Positions 57,586 to 64,000 of a stretch of 64,000 nucleotides of DNA are shown in pieces; within the stretch, counting starts at the first letter, position 1; every line of letters begins with the position of its first letter. The DNA lies in NCBI GenBank assembly GCA_050575255.1, contig JBNZDD010013677.1, forward strand, positions 3,649,707-3,713,706. Direction: 5' to 3'. Both the position numbers and the translations under genes were made by a program. This DNA is from Harriotta raleighana (Eukaryota). The notes beneath the pieces are model-generated. The model did not search any database and had not been told where the DNA came from. It worked only from the letters and a program-made list of their open reading frames with translations.

Positions 57586-59264
57586 GTTTTCTGCCACTGG
57601 TTCTCAAGGCTCTCTGAGGGTCTCTGGTGGCAGAAGTTTGACATTGTAGCATTCCCAAACTCGACTGAAACAGAAAAAACAACAGAACAATCCTCATGTT
57701 GGAGCAGTTCTTGATCCGCTCCCCTTTATCGCGGAATGTTTCCACTCTCGGAGAAAAGCTGCTGCTCTGAAATTATTCTTTTTACAAGGTTATCTCCACA
57801 CTCAGCAGCCGTAATCTATCCGCACTTTCTGTTGCTATTGAGAAAAGTTTTAACATGAAAATTCGCATTCAATGTGGCAGTTTTAATCTCCTCCAGACGT
57901 CAGATAGCACAACACTGTGCAACCAGGAAATAATGCATAAAGTGGCATCATCTTTAAACATATGTTCACCTTCTTACAAAGGACTTCTAATCCATTGAAA
58001 GATTGTTTGAGTCACCAGAAGGAATAGCAACAGACTGATATCACAGCAGTTGTTTATTGTAATGTTGTCTGCAGTGATACATTTTACAAATGCTGTGTGC
58101 TTGCACAACATCAATAATGTATAATGTATCGCACAGGATTTTGGCCTTACATTGTGAAAGAAGCTGCTATGTTTTTGGTTTAACCCTGAAACTGCAAACA
58201 AGTCTCCACATATATTCCCCTCCACTCCACCATCAGTGGCCTTGCCTTTAGGCCCTACCCCCCGAAACTCTGGAACTCTCTCCCTCAATCCTCTCCTCTG
58301 CCTTACCACCTCCCTCCCCACCCTACCTGAAGACTTTCCTTTTTGGTCGTGCTTACGGTCACCTCCCCACTACATCTCCCCCTGGCCCAGTGTCAGACTC
58401 CGCCACTGTTGAGCGCCCACTTGAAGGGAGCTATATAAATGCAAGTTGTTGTTGCTGCTGTTGTAGTGCTCACTCTCACTCTCTCTCTCTGTCTTGTTCT
58501 CTCTCTCTCTCTCTATGGGCCAACTCTATTCCTTCCAGTGACCATCGTCTACTTTGGAAGGTGGGAGAAAGGTTTTGTTTCGGTGCTATCTTTTAATGGA
58601 GGACTTGGTAGACCAGTCTTATAGCTAATGGGAAGGTTCAAGTTTGTAAGACCGACTCTGTGCTATCCCCACAATCCAAAATACAATTTTCAATCCAAAA
58701 TTGTCATTGTGAATGCTCATTGTTACTCTCAAACAGAGAGATGGATCATTGCCATAATGTGTATACGGAGAGGTCATTGCCATGTTTTGTTTTTATCACC
58801 TCTGGGATGCCACCCTGTGGGAGAGGTGCTAAATAAACACAAGTTGTTGTTGTTACATTCTGAGACATTCATGTGCTTTGGGACATCATTTCAACGTAAA
58901 AGACACTATGTAAACATGAATTGTAAAATATCACCATGCTTAAGAGTATCCAAATCAAATAGAGTTTCCTACCTACACTTGGAAATTTCCATGTATCTAA
59001 AATGGAGCATGCGCCTTCTCTCCTTGGAGGGACGCAGCCTGCTCACCTAATTCAAGAGAATATTGGGCTCAAGTTGTGAATAGCCAAGGCTCGGGGGATC
59101 CCAGAGAAGATGGAGTTTGCTGCGGGTAAATGTGAGCTAATGAATATTGGAATAAAAAAGAGAAAGCCCTTGAAGAGATTGTAGAGGTGTGGATTTTCAC
59201 TGTGTCTATTCTTCGTTGTGTTCTGATATAAAGGCATTGTCCATGTGAGAAATATTGTCAGTGA

Positions 59265-59546
<282 letters not shown>

Positions 59547-61804
59547 TAAATAGCCAAGATGTCTTGGGACATCCTCCCAGTGTGAATGGCGCAAAACAAA
59601 TATAACTTTGTATTGTATTCCTTTTTTAAAAAGGGTTTTGTCCTTTGGCCCATTCTCATTGGACTATGTCCTACAAATGTATGAGGAGAGTGATGTGATG
59701 TGAGGGATTTCAGTCTGGATACAAAGTCTGCATAGCCAAACAGATAAGGGTGAATAATCAGAAGGGAAATGAGAGATGATCTGTATGAAACAAAATCTAA
59801 ACAATGACACAGCACAGCCTCAGAGGAGGTGCATCATACTTAATGGCTCTTTTTAAGACGGTGGTTCCGATTGAGAGTGAGAAGCAATGTGATACAGAGC
59901 ACCAAATGTGTAAATGATTTCCTGTTGAAATGCATAATACTTCAAGATACTGTATGCCAAGGAAACTAAACTACAACGCTAGGAGTATTTACTTCTTCTG
60001 AGATTCATCATGGCTGACCGGGCTCTCAGGAGGGGTGACAAAGCCAAGCTGGGCTTCATTAATAAACTTGATGCAGAAATAAATGGAAAGCCAGACAGGT
60101 GGGTATTTTGAGGGTTGATGTCAAATGCCTTATCCAAAACTCTTTTTGCAATCTTGACATTAAACTAGTGAAATGCAAACTTAATGAGAAGGAGAATTGT
60201 GGGTTAACTTCTCATACTTCGCCATTTGTTTGTGTGAGGATGAGTCATGCCTGACATTCCCGTGTCTCTCCATTATAGGCAGATCCCAATCAACATTTGT
60301 TTTGTTTCTAGTGTTTGGTTTTACTTCAATTTCAAGCAGCTGCAGTTTTCCCGTTTATCTTGATTTATTTATCAATATGGATATATGATATGCATTTTAT
60401 ATATATGTATGTATATATATGTATACATATATATTATTTGCAACAAAATCACCTTTCTTCTCTGACAAATAAGAATTGCTAAGTATTTGTACAAATCTTA
60501 ATCATTTGATAGTCAAACACCATTGTGACTTGGTATCATCACTCAGTAACCAGGGTATGTTTCACTGTGATTAGGGCATTTTGAACCTGAAATGCTCATC
60601 ATTATTTCCTTCACATTACCTCTCTCATGCAACGATTTGAATCGTAAAGATTGCCAGAGGCAAAGTTACCCCTAAACCTCCTGTACTTTGACAGATGAGT
60701 AGTACTTAAACTGTGCTGGCTGAATGAACAATCTGGACAGTGAGAATTATTTGAGCAAATATTGAGGGAAACTTCTTTGTAGACTAAGTCTCATGGGTTA
60801 GATACTTTGACCAATCTAACTCACTAAGAAATGGTAGGAAACTAGTTACCTGTGACTCCTTTCACAGTGATGGATTTCTAATTAGCTTTATGAAGCTCAG
60901 TTTACCTGGCCTCATTTGTAATTGTATGAATATCTTAGCTATACATTGTACTGTAATTGGCTTCAACACTTCTGATATTAAATGTATTTATTGGTGGATG
61001 GGACATCACTGCTAATGTGATCATAATAAGGCATAAATCTATGAAGTTGGGCCTGTGGGAAGGAATTTGGATCCAGTCGACTGAAGGTCGTCTAAAAACC
61101 TACTTCGTTGATTGTTGTTCAGCCAAATTTCTCTTTTCTCCCACCCACTCCATCTCTGTAAAGCGCTTTGAGACTTTTGCCTACATCAAAGTGCTTTGAG
61201 ACGTCTGTCTCCTGGTGTGAAAGGCACTGAATAAATGTACAGTACTTGCTTTTGCATTTAAAAATGTTGCATAAGCACAACATCTTTTAATGCAAAACAA
61301 AGTACATTTATTCGGTACAGGAACAACTCCAATAACCCAACATTGTGGCAATCCCACAGCAAGTGCACAATCCTGGAGAGTAACCTAGCAGTGCACAGTG
61401 CACACTGCTCCCAGTCTCTGCAGAGAGAGCCTCCATCATTCCAGCCCAGAGAGCTCCTCTCTGAGCAAACAGTATTCGCTGTGAGTGTGCGACACTTCAT
61501 TTGCCGCAGTTGGAGGCGTGAGATGGAGGGTTCTGAGAGCAGAGTTTGATCTTCCTCATGCAAGGTCACAAGATTGGATCGGATGAAGAAGACCTTTGAT
61601 CTCATCCCTTCAGATCATTCCCCCCATCACAGAAACAAGTTGCTATGTCAATTAAATCCCTGTGTCTTAGCCATAATTCGGCCTTCTTGGCAGGAGTCAT
61701 TATTTACTTTTCCTGGTTAGAAACGAACAGCTTACTAGTTGGATGGTTCCTACAAACTGTGACAAACGAACTCTGAAAGGTGCTGAGATCTATCTAGAGA
61801 TACA

Positions 61805-62238
61805 GCAACAACAACAAAATTACATTTGTAAGCAACTTTCACATCAGGAGGACATCCCAAGGCGCTTGAGTGTTACTGCTTCAGACCCGAGCTGAGGACA
61901 GGGAAAGGGGAGGATAAGGAGTTGCCTATGGATCTATCGAAGAGGAGAGTCTTGAGGGGAGACTTGAAAGAGGCCAGGGAGGGGGCGAGGTGGAAGGACT
62001 GTGGGATGGAGTTCCAGAGGTTGGGGGCAGAGAGGCTGAAGGCTTGCCCACCAATGGTTGGGCAGGTGGGTCAGACGTGGAGCAGGCCAGATCTGGCCTG
62101 CTGAGCGGAGGGGGCGAGTAGGTTGGTAAGGGGACAGGAGGTCACGGATGTAGGTTGGGGCGAGGTTGTAGAGGGCTTTAAATGTGAGGACCAGGATGTT
62201 GAATTGGATCCTCTGGATGATAGAGAGTCAATGGAGTC
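61805..62238 (-). mobile_element. L2 3' fragment
   Basis: (CAA)n tail, stem-loop, reverse complement of the WLPIIQRIQF region. Confidence 0.85.
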
Positions 62239-63859
62239 TTATTCAATACAGTGAATAGGAGACTAATCGAGTGGTACCATCTGTTAGATCCCTCTGAGTT
62301 TTGATCAGTTTTTAACGCTAAATGTTTTAAGAATTTATTTTTAAATAGTTCCTCTTTTTGTCAGTGGTGGTTTTTATTGATAATGGAGTAAAGTAGCAGT
62401 GCCGGATACAGGTCGTTTATCTTTGAAAGAAAGAAATCTCAGTCATTAATTTTATAGTGCATCAAACTAAAAAGAACCCTTGAAATTAATTTGTACTTGA
62501 CTGACTTCTCCTTGCAAATGTTCCTCTCGAAGTGAAAGGTGCTCTATAAATGTAATTTAGTTTTTCTTGTTGTGTTCCAGATTCTTTATTTCCTGCTGCA
62601 TGCATCCAGCAACAAGTAACAAACAAACAATATCCTCAACTTTACGTTGCTCGGAGGAATTAGTAAAAAAAAAAGTGCTTAGACATTGTATAATATAGCA
62701 GAAAATTAATATTAAAGAAAATAATTTATATTATATAAAATATGTTATATAATGACATACTCAAATGCTCCATGTGAAACCTACATCATAATAATAATCC
62801 TTGCATTTAATAAAGTGCTTTTCACATGTTCTAGGTGTCTCAAAGCACTTCAATGGCTGTGAATCTTCCCGTCTGCAACCCCAGCTGAGGTCAACTAACT
62901 CAGCCCCTGTCGGGCTTTGAATCTTCAAACTTTTGTCAGTAGAGACCAGGGCTGAGCCCAGCTCCAGAAATCTAATTCTCCATTGCACAATTAGAATTTC
63001 TGTTCCAGAGAAAATGCCTCAGTTAATCCTGAATCATATTTGAAAATGATGGGTTATCTGCCCCATGCAGTCTGTGTTGTTCTTGTCCCATCTGCCAGAT
63101 GCAGGTTGGTGATGAACCTCGGGGGGTCCTGTCTAACTGCATGATCTACCAGTATCCACCATGTCAACTCATTAGTGCTGCGCTGGGAAGACACATACTT
63201 GAGTTTTTTTACTTGGCAGCAGCAATCTGGAGATTTGTTCAGGAGTTCTGAGACATTTATGATGACTTTTATATGCAAATCTGCCCCCCAAAAAATACTC
63301 TGCCATCACACGCAGAGCCCCCAGAGCATTATTTAAGACCCCGTGGCCCTTTTACTTCTGTTGGTAGCTCTGAAGTTAGATATTTAGAGGACCAACCTGA
63401 GATCTTCCTCTTTGCTGGCACAAACTGGATTTCACACGGGTTCATGGAGTCTATGTTTTTTTCAGGTTAGTTATTGATCAGACAATGAATGTTTTCCTTT
63501 AGTCTCTCCCCTCCATACAACCCACACATTGCTCCCTGATCACAAGATCTACCAACAGTTGTATGTCCTCCTCAAAGTAACCATCTCACAGGTCCTTGTG
63601 TAATGGTGACTACAGAGGAGTGCATACAAAATCATGGAGGAGCATCAGTATTGTCTCTCCTCTTCAGGGAAACTCCCGGGCGCTCTGACTTCTGAGGCAC
63701 AACTGACATATTGACGCTTGATAGGATGTTTTGCTATTTAATAACGGTGACCAGCAGCCAGAAAATGCTGGTTAACAATTTACCCTCTGAGCAAAACCTC
63801 CTTTTAGCAATGTGCAGAAGTCTCCTGGACATGAGAGTTCAGAGATCTGAAGTGAGTCC

Positions 63860-63980
63860 AGACAACCTCCGTCAATTTATTCTCATAAGATTGGAGGTGA
63901 TGCGATTGCTGCCTTTAAGATTCTAAAGGGGCAAGACAATATAGGTCATAACAAGATGTTTTAGCTTGTCCAGAATGGCC
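63860..63980 (+). mobile_element. CR1-like RT C-terminal fragment
   Basis: AGATTGGAGGTGATGCGATTGCTGCCTTTAAGATTCTAAAGGGG resembles R(L)RGDLI..FKILKG. Confidence 0.5.
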
Positions 63981-64000
63981 TGCATTTGAAGGGGGGAAAA

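Overview
Eukaryotic genomic DNA, probably from a cartilaginous fish (chimaera or shark, inferred from the repeat families). The whole window lies inside one large plus-strand gene, CSMD2 (CUB and Sushi multiple domains 2). I traced 29 unique GT-AG exons (800..59469; 4436 nt, about 1478 codons, phase-consistent, no stops). They run from the end of the inferred CUB9 through CUB14 and on into nine tandem Sushi/CCP domains; start and stop codons lie outside the window. A 1268-bp perfect tandem duplication split by a single N (32160..34696) repeats one exon and is most likely an assembly artefact. The introns are packed with decayed L2 and CR1 LINEs, two tRNA-headed/Deu-type SINE families, Penelope-like hairpins, a Tigger-like fragment and minisatellites. 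Most short ORFs in the track are repeat noise. The least explained signals are (i) an unclassified ~400-bp repeat with five co-oriented copies close to exons and (ii) recurrent ~60-70 bp retroposed stem-loop+tail units sharing one 5' boundary. I see no convincing new protein-coding system. Repeat boundaries are approximate (read by eye), domain numbers are inferred by counting back from the last CUB, and comparisons with human CSMD2 are from memory, not an alignment.
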